Counted from the stretch's first letter, positions 45,801-55,615 are shown. The stretch: 64,000 nucleotides of DNA from Synergistaceae bacterium (GCA_017439345.1 JAFSJJ010000010.1:10442-74441); one strand, 5' to 3'. Translations and numbers: made by a program. The notes: a model not told the origin generated them from the letters alone.

Positions 45801-46070
45801 ATTATATGCGCCGTTGTTGCTTGATGTAGAATTCATATAAATCATGCCTTCAACGCCGTTGATAGCTTCTTCTAATGGAATTCCTACAGTATTTGCGACG
45901 GTCTGGGCATCTGCGCCGGGGTAATTAGCCATGACCATAATTTGAGGCGGTGCAATATTCGGGTATTGCTTAATAGGCAGTCTGTGAGCGCACAATATAC
46001 CTGCTATCATCAGGATACATGAAATAACTACAGCAAATCTCGGCCTTTGTATAAAAAATTTCGAGAACAT
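42882..46070 (-). CDS. RND-family inner-membrane efflux permease (AcrB-like) with an acidic C-terminal tail
   Basis: 1062 aa starting MFSKFFIQRPRFAVV, with a 12-TM / two-large-loop architecture. The tail is GHDDYDYNYDDDDEGDDDDDDDE. Confidence 0.93.
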   Translation of the reverse strand: MFSKFFIQRPRFAVVISCILMIAGILCAHRLPIKQYPNIAPPQIMVMANYPGADAQTVANTVGIPLEEAINGVEGMIYMNSTSSNNGAYNLVVTFETGTNSDMALVKVQNKIHQATAQLPAIVNQMGITAMVSFSNMLAFVAVISPNKTRDALFLSDYAVNNVVNSLKRIPGMGSVNVMGAKYSVRIWLDPDKLSSMNMSPVDVSAAIQSQNKQAALGSIGSSPRYDNNTPIVYSLVAKGRLNAAEEFEDIIVKRSNTGAVVRLKDVARVELGSESYSVNSTYNGDECTVLFLSQGADANALDVMDGVKKFMEETKNSMPSDTAFEIIYDSTDFVRISIQEILETLALTFFLVVLVCYIFLQDWRVTLVPAAAIPVSLLATFISLAVLDYSINTFTLFGLVLVIGTVVDDAIVVVERVLYIMEHEGLDAKAATERAMIDVSGPMIATTLVFMAIFVPVAFMGGITSEIYKQFGVTMSFAVVCSTTVAFTLSPAMCAHMLTNIKPKTRGPLAWFNAILNVSTNIFVKISVLIARSMIVIILSLALVGWASYYIMDITPSEFIPQEDQGSLMGVIQLPEGASGARTSKFVSEIVPALAKIDGVKNNMGIEGFSFVGGAGENTGAFSLTLKDWDERKTPELSQSSIMAQANAITSKFPQAQVNIFAQGGVPGLGMMNGLEMKLQAVGRFDPLELEKVLQNFIMQINAAPEFMYAFSTYNASTPHIFLDVDRAKAESMGVNTGTIFDTLYMYLGTLYVNDINLGSQINRVMLQADWAFRNTVDDIGRLPIPNIWGEQVPVSSVVTLREITAPRAVSRFNLYPCADVMITLNPGYSSGQGIAKIQELSKTLPAGYAYQWSGQTYQEQREGSQFIIVITAAVLFGFLFLVAQYESWSIPFAVMLSLPVAILGALAGIYVMGITISVYTQLGLLLLVGLASKNAILIIEFAKEERELRGQTILNAAAEAARERFRSVLMTAFTCVLGALPMIFATGAGAASRLHVGTTMVFGMTVATVFGVFLIPGLFVLMQTFREKLKAGLARMFGHDDYDYNYDDDDEGDDDDDDDE

Positions 46071-46076
46071 AATTAA

Positions 46077-47123
46077 TTACTCCTGAATTTGAACCGGTGC
46101 ATTGTCAAATAATTTCTGAATGCCTTCGACGACAACCAAATCACCCGTGTTAATGCCTGTAACAGCGGACATTCCGTCATCAGTGTCTGCTTTAACTGTA
46201 ATTTTCGTGTAGTGAGCCTTATTATTCTTTATGACATACACATAATTTGCGTTATTAGCACTTATCTTTGCCGCTTGTGGAATTAACACGCCCTTTTCTG
46301 GTATCTTGGGGGACAGCAAAACATGAACGCCGGCACCTGATATTAAATTATTATCGGGATTATCGAACAGCCACCATGTTTTTATAGTCCCTGTTGACGA
46401 AGCTATATAGTTATCATCAAATTCATGTTCACCGGAAAGATTATAGCCCTGAATTTCTGCCTTGTAGTCATTATTTTTTATTTCAAGATAATCGCTGTCA
46501 GGAATATCAATAGCTGCCCTGATTGGATCTGACTGAACTATTGTTGCAAGAGTCGAACTCGGCCCGACGTAATTGCCTTTTGTGAATTCAGCGCGTCCTA
46601 TAATGCCTGAAATAGGAGCAGTAATTCTTGTACGTCCTGCATCAATCTGAGCAATCTGCAAACTTGCCTTAGCCTGAGCTACATTCGCCTGACCCTGTTT
46701 GACATTAGCGTCTGCTGTGTCCATATCTGAAGCCGGTACTGAGCGTTTATCTGCTGCCTTGAGCCTCTGCAAATATTTTCTGGCACGTTCTAAATTAGCT
46801 TCAGCGTTCTGTAATTCTGCTTTTCTTAATGCTACAGTTGCGTTGAACTGTGAACTTTCGAGAGTGAATAGAGTTTGGCCTGCTTTGACGTACGAACCTT
46901 CTTTGAAGTGGACTTTGTTGATCTTAGCTGATACTTCAGGTTTTATCTGCACTGACTGGACTGCCTGAATGAAGCCCGTATATTCGTGTTTAACGTGAAT
47001 ATCGCCGTAAACAGCTTTACTGACTTTGACTATAACACCATCAGCAGCAAAACTTTTCGTCTCTGTCTGCAATAACAGCAACAACAACAGAAACGTAACC
47101 GCTGAAAAAATTTTTTCTCTCAT
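46077..47123 (-). CDS. RND periplasmic adaptor (membrane fusion protein)
   Basis: Has a signal peptide, a lipoyl/alpha-hairpin region (KAELQNAEANLERARKYLQRLK) and a beta-barrel. Confidence 0.88.
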   Translation of the reverse strand: MREKIFSAVTFLLLLLLLQTETKSFAADGVIVKVSKAVYGDIHVKHEYTGFIQAVQSVQIKPEVSAKINKVHFKEGSYVKAGQTLFTLESSQFNATVALRKAELQNAEANLERARKYLQRLKAADKRSVPASDMDTADANVKQGQANVAQAKASLQIAQIDAGRTRITAPISGIIGRAEFTKGNYVGPSSTLATIVQSDPIRAAIDIPDSDYLEIKNNDYKAEIQGYNLSGEHEFDDNYIASSTGTIKTWWLFDNPDNNLISGAGVHVLLSPKIPEKGVLIPQAAKISANNANYVYVIKNNKAHYTKITVKADTDDGMSAVTGINTGDLVVVEGIQKLFDNAPVQIQE

Positions 47124-47231
47124 GTAACAAAAATCTCCCCGATAACGTTATAATATTCTTAATGAAAGTTCGTAAATTATACTACGTTGAATAGAGCTTG
47201 AATAAAATTTATTTTGGGAAGATATTATTAC

Positions 47232-47477
47232 TTATTGCGGCTTGTAAATTCTTTTAGCACGTTCTGCTTTCTTTCTGGCTTCCTCTCGTTTATAGGCATT
47301 CTCAAGGACTCTGACAATCTCGCTCCATTTCTTACTCCAGGCTAATTCGGCTTTACTAGGCTCATCAAGTCCGGGCTTATCAGGAGCGTCAATATCTTTA
47401 GGTGATTTATACACAGTGAAATTTTCACCGTCAAACGACACTGATGAACCGTCATTGAACGGGATATACACTCTCAC
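47232..47477 (-). CDS. Hypothetical 81-aa protein
   Basis: The ORF has a 4-nt overlap with the upstream GNAT gene. It has a basic C-terminal tail and no recognised motif. Confidence 0.5.
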   Translation of the reverse strand: MRVYIPFNDGSSVSFDGENFTVYKSPKDIDAPDKPGLDEPSKAELAWSKKWSEIVRVLENAYKREEARKKAERAKRIYKPQ

Positions 47478-47953
47478 GGCCTGACACCCTGAACTAACGG
47501 CAGCTTTGCACTCATGACGATAGCGTCTTCACCGTTGGAATAATAACCCTGACGAATTTTCTCGCTCTTGAACTTCATGCTTGAATATAAAGCTATAGCA
47601 GCAATATTAGATTTCCTGACACGAAGCATTAATCTTCGCATATTTAAATACTCTGCACAGTCGCTGACGGCTAATAATAACTGCGAGCCTATTCCCTTTC
47701 TGTGAAAATGTTTGTCGACTAACAGAGCCATCAACACCCCTGAACGTTTCTCGCGTCCCAGAACTGCATAGCCTAATAAAGGAGCTTCCGGAGTTGTAGC
47801 GAAAGCCCCTATATAAGTCGTCTCAGTGCCTGAATCCTGACCCAAGTCCGATTTAATAACTTCTTCAGGCCACGACCAGCTCAAACCGGCATTAATTCGC
47901 AATATACCGGGAAGGTCATTAAGGGTCAAGAAATTAATCTCAGGCACGAACAA
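47474..47953 (-). CDS. rimI: GNAT N-acetyltransferase, RimI-like
   Basis: 159 aa with the acetyl-CoA loop HRKGIGSQLL. Its size and layout match ribosomal-protein-alanine acetyltransferases. Confidence 0.6.
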   Translation of the reverse strand: MFVPEINFLTLNDLPGILRINAGLSWSWPEEVIKSDLGQDSGTETTYIGAFATTPEAPLLGYAVLGREKRSGVLMALLVDKHFHRKGIGSQLLLAVSDCAEYLNMRRLMLRVRKSNIAAIALYSSMKFKSEKIRQGYYSNGEDAIVMSAKLPLVQGVRP

Positions 47954-47959
47954 TATAAA

Positions 47960-49252
47960 TTACATTCCTTTATTAATCGTCTGGTTTCTGTCAGCACCGA
48001 CACCAATTAAGCCTACCTGAACGCCTAGTGCTTCTTCGATATATTTCACGTAAGATTTTGCATTCTCGGGAAGCTCATCAAAGCTCTTGCAGTGGGTAAT
48101 GTCATCGTCCCAGCCCGGCAGGGTCTCATAAACGGGCTTTAACTCGCTCAGAATTCTTGTATCAGTCGGCCATGAAGTAATTTTCTCGCCGTCAAGTTCA
48201 TAGCTTGTGCAGACTTTAATATCTCCCATTCCGGTTAAGACATCAAGTTTTGTCAATGCGATTATGCTTGCTCCGTTCAGTTCAGTCGAATATTTCAAGC
48301 CGGGAATATCGAGCCATCCGCAGCGTCTCGGCCGTCCTGTAGTAGCTCCGAATTCTCCGCCGTTAGCTCTTAACTTCTCGCCTGCTTCCGTGAAATCTTC
48401 AGTTGGAAAAGGTCCTTCGCCTACTCTCGTAGTATATGCCTTTACGACTGAAATAACGCGTGTTAAATCACTGGGTGCAAGTCCTGTACCTGTGAAAGCT
48501 CCTGAAGCGGAAGTGCTTGAACTCGTTACATATGGATATGTCCCGTGATCTATATCGAGCAATGCAGCCTGAGCGCCTTCGAGTAAAATATGTTTGCCTT
48601 CATCAACTGCTTTGCGTAAAAGTGCGCGTGTATCATCAACGTACGGAGCAATAGCCTCGCCCCATTTTCTAGCGGGTTCATAGACTTCATCGAACGGCAT
48701 AGGCTTTTGATTATATAATTTCGTGAAGATTAAATTTTTCTCTTCAAGTATATAAGTCAATCTTTCGCGCAGTAAATCAGGGTTGATTAAATCCTCAATT
48801 CTCAAGCCGGAACGCGAATATTTATCAACGTAACAAGGACCTATGCCCCTGCCTGTAGTGCCTATTTTACGGCCTTTGCCTCTAGCTTCTTCCTGTAACT
48901 TATCAAGCATCTTGTGATACGGCATAACGACATGAGCATGAGGACTTACGGCTAATCTTGCTCTGTCCTGACCGCGTGCGAATAATTCTCCTGTCTCATT
49001 TAAGAACTGCTCAGGGTCAATAACGAGTCCATTACCCAGAACACATAATTTTCCGGGATAAAGCATACCTGAAGGCAGCAGGTGAAACACTACTTTTTGA
49101 CCGTCCGCAACGACAGTGTGTCCTGCATTAGCTCCGCCCTGATAGCGTACAAACACGTCAACTTCAGAGCCAAGCATATCGACTACTTTGCCTTTACCTT
49201 CATCGCCCCATTGAGCTCCGACTAACAAATCAACATTTTTATTATTACTCAA
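47960..49252 (-). CDS. purA: Adenylosuccinate synthetase
   Basis: Contains GAQWGDEGKGK, GGANAGHT, TTGRGIGP and GATTGRPRRCGW. Confidence 0.96.
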   Translation of the reverse strand: MSNNKNVDLLVGAQWGDEGKGKVVDMLGSEVDVFVRYQGGANAGHTVVADGQKVVFHLLPSGMLYPGKLCVLGNGLVIDPEQFLNETGELFARGQDRARLAVSPHAHVVMPYHKMLDKLQEEARGKGRKIGTTGRGIGPCYVDKYSRSGLRIEDLINPDLLRERLTYILEEKNLIFTKLYNQKPMPFDEVYEPARKWGEAIAPYVDDTRALLRKAVDEGKHILLEGAQAALLDIDHGTYPYVTSSSTSASGAFTGTGLAPSDLTRVISVVKAYTTRVGEGPFPTEDFTEAGEKLRANGGEFGATTGRPRRCGWLDIPGLKYSTELNGASIIALTKLDVLTGMGDIKVCTSYELDGEKITSWPTDTRILSELKPVYETLPGWDDDITHCKSFDELPENAKSYVKYIEEALGVQVGLIGVGADRNQTINKGM

Positions 49253-49300
49253 AATTTTATTGCCTCCTGTAATATATATATATTATATAAGTGTGTGTGT

Positions 49301-50572
49301 TTATTTCCTGCGCATAGATTTCTTGATTTCACTCATTGCCGCAAGTAACTGGGCATCTTTATTAACGTCTCTGTCAGGTTCGCCCTTGACTTCTATATCA
49401 GGAGTTAAGCCTACATGATCTATAACTTTTCCTGAAGGTGTGTAATATCTTGCAATAGTTACATAAACACCGCTTCCGTCAGTCAATGGGAACAGAGTTT
49501 GAACGCTTCCTTTACCGAAAGACTTTTCACCGAGCAATTTAGCCCTTCCCCTGTCGTTCAAAGCACCTGCAACAATTTCGCTTGCACTGGCACTGCCTCC
49601 GTTAATCAAGACTATCATCGGCATATCTGTCATGAAGGTTTTCTTGTCAACGTAATATTTCTCGTTAGCACGTTCCGAACGTCCTTTAGTCTCGACTACG
49701 AGACCATTTTTCAGAAACATGCTCGCTATTTTCACGCTTACGTCAAGCAGTCCGCCTCCGTTGTTGCGCAAGTCAAGAATCAGAGCTTTTGCACCCTGCT
49801 TTATTAAGTCTTTTAGAGCAGTCTTTGCTTCGTCATCAGTCTTGTGCTTGAACTGAGTTAATTTGATATAGCCTATATCATCCGAGAGCATTTGAGAACG
49901 TACACTCTTGAGCTTGATTATTTCTCTGGTAATCTCGAAACTTAATAATTCATCTTCCCCTTCACGCCTGACCCAGACAGTAACTTTTGTATCAGGTTCG
50001 CCTCTCAATTTCTGGACAACTCTATCAGAAGTCCAGCCTACGACAACTTCATTATCGACTTTGACTATTTGATCTTTGGCCTTAAGTCCTGCACGTTCAG
50101 CCGGTGAGTCTTCCATAGGTGCAATGACGAGAATAGCACCGTCTCTGTCTCCTACGTACATGCCCAAGCCTCCGTAACGTCCTTCGAGTTCAATTTCTTC
50201 GTCTTTGAGCTGAGTAGGCGACACAAAGCGTGTATATGGGTCTTTCCATGCCTCGACCATGCCTTTAGCTGCACCGTGAAGCAAATCTTCTTCTTTGGCC
50301 GGTTTAGTTTCTGCATCGACTTGATAGCTTTCTATAATATATCTCACTTGACGCAGAAGCCACAATGAACGAACATTAAACGGCGATATTCTGTTAAAGT
50401 CCTGTTCTGAGAAATCGGCGGCTCGAATTTCATTAATTTTTAATACATGACCACAAAAGAAGCCTATTGACGCGAAGACTATAAAAATCAGGATATATAT
50501 TTTTTTGCTATTTTTCACTTTGCTATACGCACCTGCCTTGAAAAAATTATAATGCCCTGAATTATACAGCAT
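49301..50572 (-). CDS. ctpA: Carboxy-terminal processing protease (S41) with a PDZ domain
   Basis: Has an N-terminal TM segment, a PDZ domain (SPAERAGLKAKDQIVKVD) and the S41 core (LRNNGGG, GGSASASEI, GEKSFGKG). Confidence 0.88.
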   Translation of the reverse strand: MLYNSGHYNFFKAGAYSKVKNSKKIYILIFIVFASIGFFCGHVLKINEIRAADFSEQDFNRISPFNVRSLWLLRQVRYIIESYQVDAETKPAKEEDLLHGAAKGMVEAWKDPYTRFVSPTQLKDEEIELEGRYGGLGMYVGDRDGAILVIAPMEDSPAERAGLKAKDQIVKVDNEVVVGWTSDRVVQKLRGEPDTKVTVWVRREGEDELLSFEITREIIKLKSVRSQMLSDDIGYIKLTQFKHKTDDEAKTALKDLIKQGAKALILDLRNNGGGLLDVSVKIASMFLKNGLVVETKGRSERANEKYYVDKKTFMTDMPMIVLINGGSASASEIVAGALNDRGRAKLLGEKSFGKGSVQTLFPLTDGSGVYVTIARYYTPSGKVIDHVGLTPDIEVKGEPDRDVNKDAQLLAAMSEIKKSMRRK

Positions 50573-50593
50573 TCACGAATAAATATTATTTTC

Positions 50594-51868
50594 TCAGCGT
50601 AAGTAATTCATGGGGTTTTGCGCACTTCCTCCTTTTCTGACCTCAAAATGAAGCCCGTACTCCGAGTCAGTCCCAGTGTTGCCTACCGTTCCTATGACTG
50701 CACCCTTCTGAACTGAGGCACCTTCACGCACTGAAGCACCGCCTAAATGAGCATACACTGTAGATAAATCACCGCCGTGATCTATAATAACAACTTGACC
50801 GAAGCCCCTAAGCCAGCCTTGATAAAGAACTTCCCCCGGACCTGCTGCCTTAACTGGAGTCCCTGCCGCTGCCCTGATGTCTATTCCTGAATTAAATATT
50901 TTAGTCTTGAACGTAGGGTGAACTCGATTGCCATACTGCATAGTTACAGTTCCCCGAACCGGCCATGATAAAGCCCCTGTATATCTTGCAGGTGAAGGAC
51001 TTGAAGGCGGAGGAGTCTGCTTAGTTCTTGCAGGAGTAGGAGTCTGAGCCGGAGCCGCTTTACTTGATTTATTCTGAGTCTGAGGTGCAGGAGTCTGAGT
51101 CTTCTTTGCTTGAGCTGTTCTCTTTTGCTGTTTCTGTTTCATGAGAGAGTTTATTTTATTACCTACTGCACGTTGAGCGTTCTCAAGTTCTCTAGCTGCT
51201 GACTCTGCCTTTTTCTGTTCGCTCTGAACGTCTCTTAATAACGAGTCAGTTTTCTTTATAGAGCTGTCATATTCAGAACGTTTCTTTCTTAATTCGCCTG
51301 CCTGAGCTTCGAGCTGTTTTTGATTGTCTTCAAGCTGTTTCTTTGATGCCGTCAATTCCTGCTGCTGATTATATAATTTTTCGATTAGTGCTGTATCCTG
51401 CCTTGCGAATCGTCTAAGCATATACGCTGTATTAACTGCCTCATGAGGTCCTTCTGAAGCGAACAGAATACTCAAATTATTTTCTTCAGGAGTAAATTTA
51501 TATATATCAACGAGTCTTGCACGCAAAGTTTTCATTACGTTCTCTATAGAGTTATTCAGGTCTTGAATTTTCTTGTTAATCTCATTTGATAAATTCTTAA
51601 GCCTTGAAATTTCCTTTTCTATATTTTGCATTTGCTCTTGTGAGTTATTTGCATTTTGCTTTAATCTTGACAGCTGACTCAATAAATTTCTTGACTCCTG
51701 AGATTTTTTCTTTGCGAGTTCATTATACTGTTTAATTTTTTTGCGCATATCTTCTTGATTCTTCTGCTGGGTCTTTATCTGAGTATCTATATTTGCTGCT
51801 TGTGTCTTATCTTGAGTATGTGCAAGTAATATTATGCTGATTAATATGACTATAAAAGATTTTTTCAT
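50594..51868 (-). CDS. EnvC-like coiled-coil protein with a degenerate M23/LytM domain
   Basis: Has a signal peptide, a long coiled coil and a Pro/Thr/Gln linker. In the LytM domain HxxxD reads NSGID and HxH reads GLH. Confidence 0.8.
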   Translation of the reverse strand: MKKSFIVILISIILLAHTQDKTQAANIDTQIKTQQKNQEDMRKKIKQYNELAKKKSQESRNLLSQLSRLKQNANNSQEQMQNIEKEISRLKNLSNEINKKIQDLNNSIENVMKTLRARLVDIYKFTPEENNLSILFASEGPHEAVNTAYMLRRFARQDTALIEKLYNQQQELTASKKQLEDNQKQLEAQAGELRKKRSEYDSSIKKTDSLLRDVQSEQKKAESAARELENAQRAVGNKINSLMKQKQQKRTAQAKKTQTPAPQTQNKSSKAAPAQTPTPARTKQTPPPSSPSPARYTGALSWPVRGTVTMQYGNRVHPTFKTKIFNSGIDIRAAAGTPVKAAGPGEVLYQGWLRGFGQVVIIDHGGDLSTVYAHLGGASVREGASVQKGAVIGTVGNTGTDSEYGLHFEVRKGGSAQNPMNYLR

Positions 51869-51886
51869 GATTAATTCACCTTCAAG

Positions 51887-53056
51887 CTATTTCTTGAGAT
51901 AATCCAAAGGGTTCTGAACGTAGCTGCCTTTTCTGACTTCAAAGTGTAAATGATAGCCTGTAACGTTGCCTGTTTTGCCTACGCGGGCTATAGTTGCTCC
52001 TGCCCTGACGACCTGGCCTTCTTTAACGAGACTTGATGACAAGTGAGCATATAACGTTGAGTAATCTCTGCCGTGATCAAGAATAACGACTCTGCCGTAA
52101 CCCCTAAGCCATCCGTCAAATAACACTTCACCTGCTGCGGCTGCTTTAACAGGAGTCCCGTTTGGAGCTGCTATGTCGATTCCAGTGTGTAATATTTTGC
52201 GCTTTAGAATAGGGTGAATTCTGTAACCGTAATTACTCGAAATTTTGCCTCGTACAGGCCAGTCGAACATTGAGCCTCTGCCCTTGCCTGCGAGATAATC
52301 ATTTTTCTTGAGGGCATCTTTTTTCTTGCGTAACATGACTATCATATCGCCTGCTGCTTTCTGAGCCTGTTCTGCCTCGAGAGCTGCTTTCTCTGCCAAA
52401 GCCTTTTGTCTCCTTAGAGAGTTTATAAAGCTGTTAGTATCTTTAATGCTCTTCTTGTATCTGTCTCTCTGAGTCTGTACCTGTTCAGTTTTCTCTCTGA
52501 GTCTGGCCTGCTGGTCGTCCATAGTGATTCTAGACAGCTCCATATTCTGGACTCGTGCCTGAAGCTGGCTCAATATTGCCTCGTCTCGTTGATTAACGAG
52601 TCTCAAAAGGTGCGCTGTTTCCACTGCCTCAAAGACGCTCCGTGAAGCAAAAAGGGTTCTCATAGCTTCGGCTTCTCTGTATTTGTACATGTCCACGAGT
52701 CTGCCTTTAATCTGCTCTGAGAGTTCATTAATCTTAATCTGCTCTTCCTGCATGTTAGTATTCAGAGTCTCTATATTATCTTGAATTTTCTGATTCTGAA
52801 GCTCTAGAACCGTAAGCTCTTGACGCGCAAAATTTTCGTCCTGCTGAAGCGTATTTACTTTAGTCAACAAGCCTTCGACCTTAACGCCCATCTCGCGGAT
52901 CTGTTTTTTATAGTCAGCAATTTGTCTCGTTAAATCCGAACGTTTTTTCTCTTCAGCAGCAATCTGAGCATCAAGACCTTGTTTACTTGCAGCACTCACG
53001 AGGCCGGGAGCCAGCATTAATATTAATATAAATCCTGCAAATAATCGCTTAATCAT
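51887..53056 (-). CDS. Coiled-coil M23 metallopeptidase with intact catalytic motifs
   Basis: Has a signal peptide and a coiled coil. The HTGID (HxxxD), YAHL and HLHFE (HxH) motifs are all present. Confidence 0.85.
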   Translation of the reverse strand: MIKRLFAGFILILMLAPGLVSAASKQGLDAQIAAEEKKRSDLTRQIADYKKQIREMGVKVEGLLTKVNTLQQDENFARQELTVLELQNQKIQDNIETLNTNMQEEQIKINELSEQIKGRLVDMYKYREAEAMRTLFASRSVFEAVETAHLLRLVNQRDEAILSQLQARVQNMELSRITMDDQQARLREKTEQVQTQRDRYKKSIKDTNSFINSLRRQKALAEKAALEAEQAQKAAGDMIVMLRKKKDALKKNDYLAGKGRGSMFDWPVRGKISSNYGYRIHPILKRKILHTGIDIAAPNGTPVKAAAAGEVLFDGWLRGYGRVVILDHGRDYSTLYAHLSSSLVKEGQVVRAGATIARVGKTGNVTGYHLHFEVRKGSYVQNPLDYLKK

Positions 53057-53058
53057 AA

Positions 53059-53955
53059 TTATTCAGGCCTGGTTATGGCATTAATAAATCTCGCAACGAC
53101 AAGATAACTGCATACCCATCCCAGAGTCGCCCCGAACCCTGCAAGAAGCGCACAGAACCTCCAGATAACTGCATTATCAGATAATAAACTCGAACTCAAG
53201 AACGGCATATTTTCATGAATCAATCTCACAGCAGGAATATATACGGCTATAATTCCCCCTCCAGCAGCCAATGCACCGAGCAACGCTAATAATGTCCCTT
53301 CAAGAACAAACGGTGTTGCTATATAAGAACGTGTTGCGCCTACAAGATACATTATGCCTATCTCATCACGCCTTGAGTAAAGCGAAATATGAATCGTGTT
53401 ATATACGACTAAAGCCGTAATTATTACTGATAATATAAACATTGCGAGTGCTGCTCTTGATGAAATCTGCGACAATGCATTAATCCTCTTGACGACTAGA
53501 CCGGCATAGACTATATCTTCAATTTCGGGCATAGTCTTTAACTCGCTGACTAGGGGCTCAACATCACTTGCGGCGTTCACATGGATCTCGAAATTATAGG
53601 GAATGGGATTATCTCCTATCATGTCAAGTGCTTTTGACTGAGAACCCATTTTTTCCTGTAATTTTGCCAGTGAATCCGAAGGCGAATATATTTTCATAGC
53701 GTGGACGTATTCAAGAGACTGAATTTTTGCTGCAATCTCCTCAACGTTAAGAGTATTATCTTTGACTAAGTAAGCCTGAACGACTAATTCACTTTCGAGA
53801 CGCGATAATAAATTTTCCATGTTGAGCGAAAACAAAGTAGTTATGCCCAGAATCCAGAACATAACTCCTGCCGTAATTAAAGTTAAGAGACCTAATACCC
53901 AGTGATTTATAGTCAACCGCCACATATCGCGCAGGATATATTTAAACGTAGTCAA
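53059..53955 (-). CDS. ftsX: Cell-division ABC transporter permease FtsX
   Basis: 298 aa with 4 TM segments and a large first extracytoplasmic loop. It lies immediately downstream of ftsE. Confidence 0.85.
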   Translation of the reverse strand: MTTFKYILRDMWRLTINHWVLGLLTLITAGVMFWILGITTLFSLNMENLLSRLESELVVQAYLVKDNTLNVEEIAAKIQSLEYVHAMKIYSPSDSLAKLQEKMGSQSKALDMIGDNPIPYNFEIHVNAASDVEPLVSELKTMPEIEDIVYAGLVVKRINALSQISSRAALAMFILSVIITALVVYNTIHISLYSRRDEIGIMYLVGATRSYIATPFVLEGTLLALLGALAAGGGIIAVYIPAVRLIHENMPFLSSSLLSDNAVIWRFCALLAGFGATLGWVCSYLVVARFINAITRPE

Positions 53956-54633
53956 TTAATAGCCTCCTCCCTTCTCATCGCGGATTAATTTGCCTGATTC
54001 AAGCTCTAAAACTCTCTGCCTTGCCGAGTTCACTATATTTTGATTATGAGTGCTCATTACGACCGTAACACCTGCTGCATTAATAGCGAACAAAATTTTC
54101 ATGACTTCAGCTGAAGTGTGAAAGTCAAGATTTCCTGTAGGCTCATCGGCAATAAATAACGACGGCGAGTTTGCCAGGGCTCTTGCAATTGCGACTCTCT
54201 GCTGTTCTCCTCCTGAGAGCTGGGCAGGCTTGAAGTTTCTCCGTCTCCACAGACCGACTTGGTTAATAACGTCTTTGGCTCGTTCTTCGACTATTTTCTT
54301 TGGAACTGACATAGCTTCCATGACGAACGCAACGTTTTCATATACGGTCAAACTTGATATTAATCTGAAATCCTGAGCTACGAGACCTACATCACGCCGA
54401 TAATACGGGACATCAGCACTTCGCATTCTCCGCAGGTCAAAGCCTCCGACGGCAACGACACCTTTAGAAGGCATAAGTTCTCTTGTAATTAATCTTAACA
54501 GCGTAGATTTCCCGGAACCTGTCTGACCGATTACGTAAACAAATTCGCCCTGTTCGATATTAAAATTTACGTCTACCAGAGCAGCTATATCAGGCTCAAA
54601 AATTTTGCTTACTCCTGAAAACGAAATATTCAT
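53956..54633 (-). CDS. ftsE: Cell-division ABC ATPase FtsE
   Basis: Contains [24 protein letters not shown] and [11 protein letters not shown]. It is 225 aa. Confidence 0.9.
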   Translation of the reverse strand: MNISFSGVSKIFEPDIAALVDVNFNIEQGEFVYVIGQTGSGKSTLLRLITRELMPSKGVVAVGGFDLRRMRSADVPYYRRDVGLVAQDFRLISSLTVYENVAFVMEAMSVPKKIVEERAKDVINQVGLWRRRNFKPAQLSGGEQQRVAIARALANSPSLFIADEPTGNLDFHTSAEVMKILFAINAAGVTVVMSTHNQNIVNSARQRVLELESGKLIRDEKGGGY

Positions 54634-54685
54634 GTTATAAAATCATCATCTCCATATGCATTTAGGGTGCGCATGTTATTATTTA

Positions 54686-55594
54686 TCATTGTTTATATTT
54701 ATCACGTTCTGCAACTGCTTCAAGAGTGTCATAATATCCCCATATTGCATTAACGATTTCATTGACGGGCATTTTGCGGACTTCTCTCAGGACGTTCCAG
54801 AGTTCATGATTCAGATATACCCACACGAAAAATATAGCTTCAGATAAATTTAAATTGCTTGAGCTGCTTTTTCTGCCGAACCTGCCGTGAATGAGCCACC
54901 CGCTTTTGGGATTATAGACGACTACGGGCGATATATTCTGCGCGCTGATTTTCTGGAGTTCCATTTTTGTGAACGAATAATTTTCTTCAAGTTCTTTGAG
55001 AGATTCTTTATCCGGTAAATCAGTCAATGAGAAATATATTTTTGCCTCATGTTCACTCTTGTCGAAATTTTCCGGGCCTGCCCTGAGCCATGCTTTTATT
55101 CTGGTAACTTCTTCGAGTTCGCTTCGGGACAATGCAAATCTCAGAGTCCAATATGCTTTATATAATCTTGAATCTTTCTGCATCTCTAGTGCGAAAATAT
55201 TCTCGTCAAGATAATCTATATTTTCATTAACGAACGCAGGATGATACTTCAAGAAAGTCTTTAATAACATAACTGTTGCAGTATGCTGCCCCGGAGGCTC
55301 ACAAATCATGAATAACTCTTTGCGCAGCTCATTCACAGTCTGGGCAGAAATTATTATCGGTCTTGTATCTTGATTTGCCAGAGCTAATTTCGTATCGTCA
55401 TATAGAAACACTTCCTGAGCATGATTAGCAGCATTTAAATCCGAGTAAATCCATTTATCGAACGTACCCAGTAAATATTTATTATGAGGGAGCAGCACCA
55501 TCACTGCGGGTTCATCTGGTAATTTCACACCGTCAGGGACATATTCAGACGGCAGCTTGGCCAGATTTCCGTTAGACATTAATTCAAGCAGCAA
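54686..55594 (-). CDS. Hypothetical soluble protein (302 aa)
   Basis: A long ORF in the gene-dense minus-strand run. I recognise no motif. Confidence 0.55.
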   Translation of the reverse strand: MLLELMSNGNLAKLPSEYVPDGVKLPDEPAVMVLLPHNKYLLGTFDKWIYSDLNAANHAQEVFLYDDTKLALANQDTRPIIISAQTVNELRKELFMICEPPGQHTATVMLLKTFLKYHPAFVNENIDYLDENIFALEMQKDSRLYKAYWTLRFALSRSELEEVTRIKAWLRAGPENFDKSEHEAKIYFSLTDLPDKESLKELEENYSFTKMELQKISAQNISPVVVYNPKSGWLIHGRFGRKSSSSNLNLSEAIFFVWVYLNHELWNVLREVRKMPVNEIVNAIWGYYDTLEAVAERDKYKQ

Positions 55595-55615
55595 ATTTTT
55601 TCTCTCCTCTCATGA

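Noticed and set aside
49253-49300. (TA)n and (GT)5 microsatellite-like runs between ctpA and purA.
   Set aside because: The runs are too short to support a phase-variation claim. They lie in a spacer between co-directional housekeeping genes.
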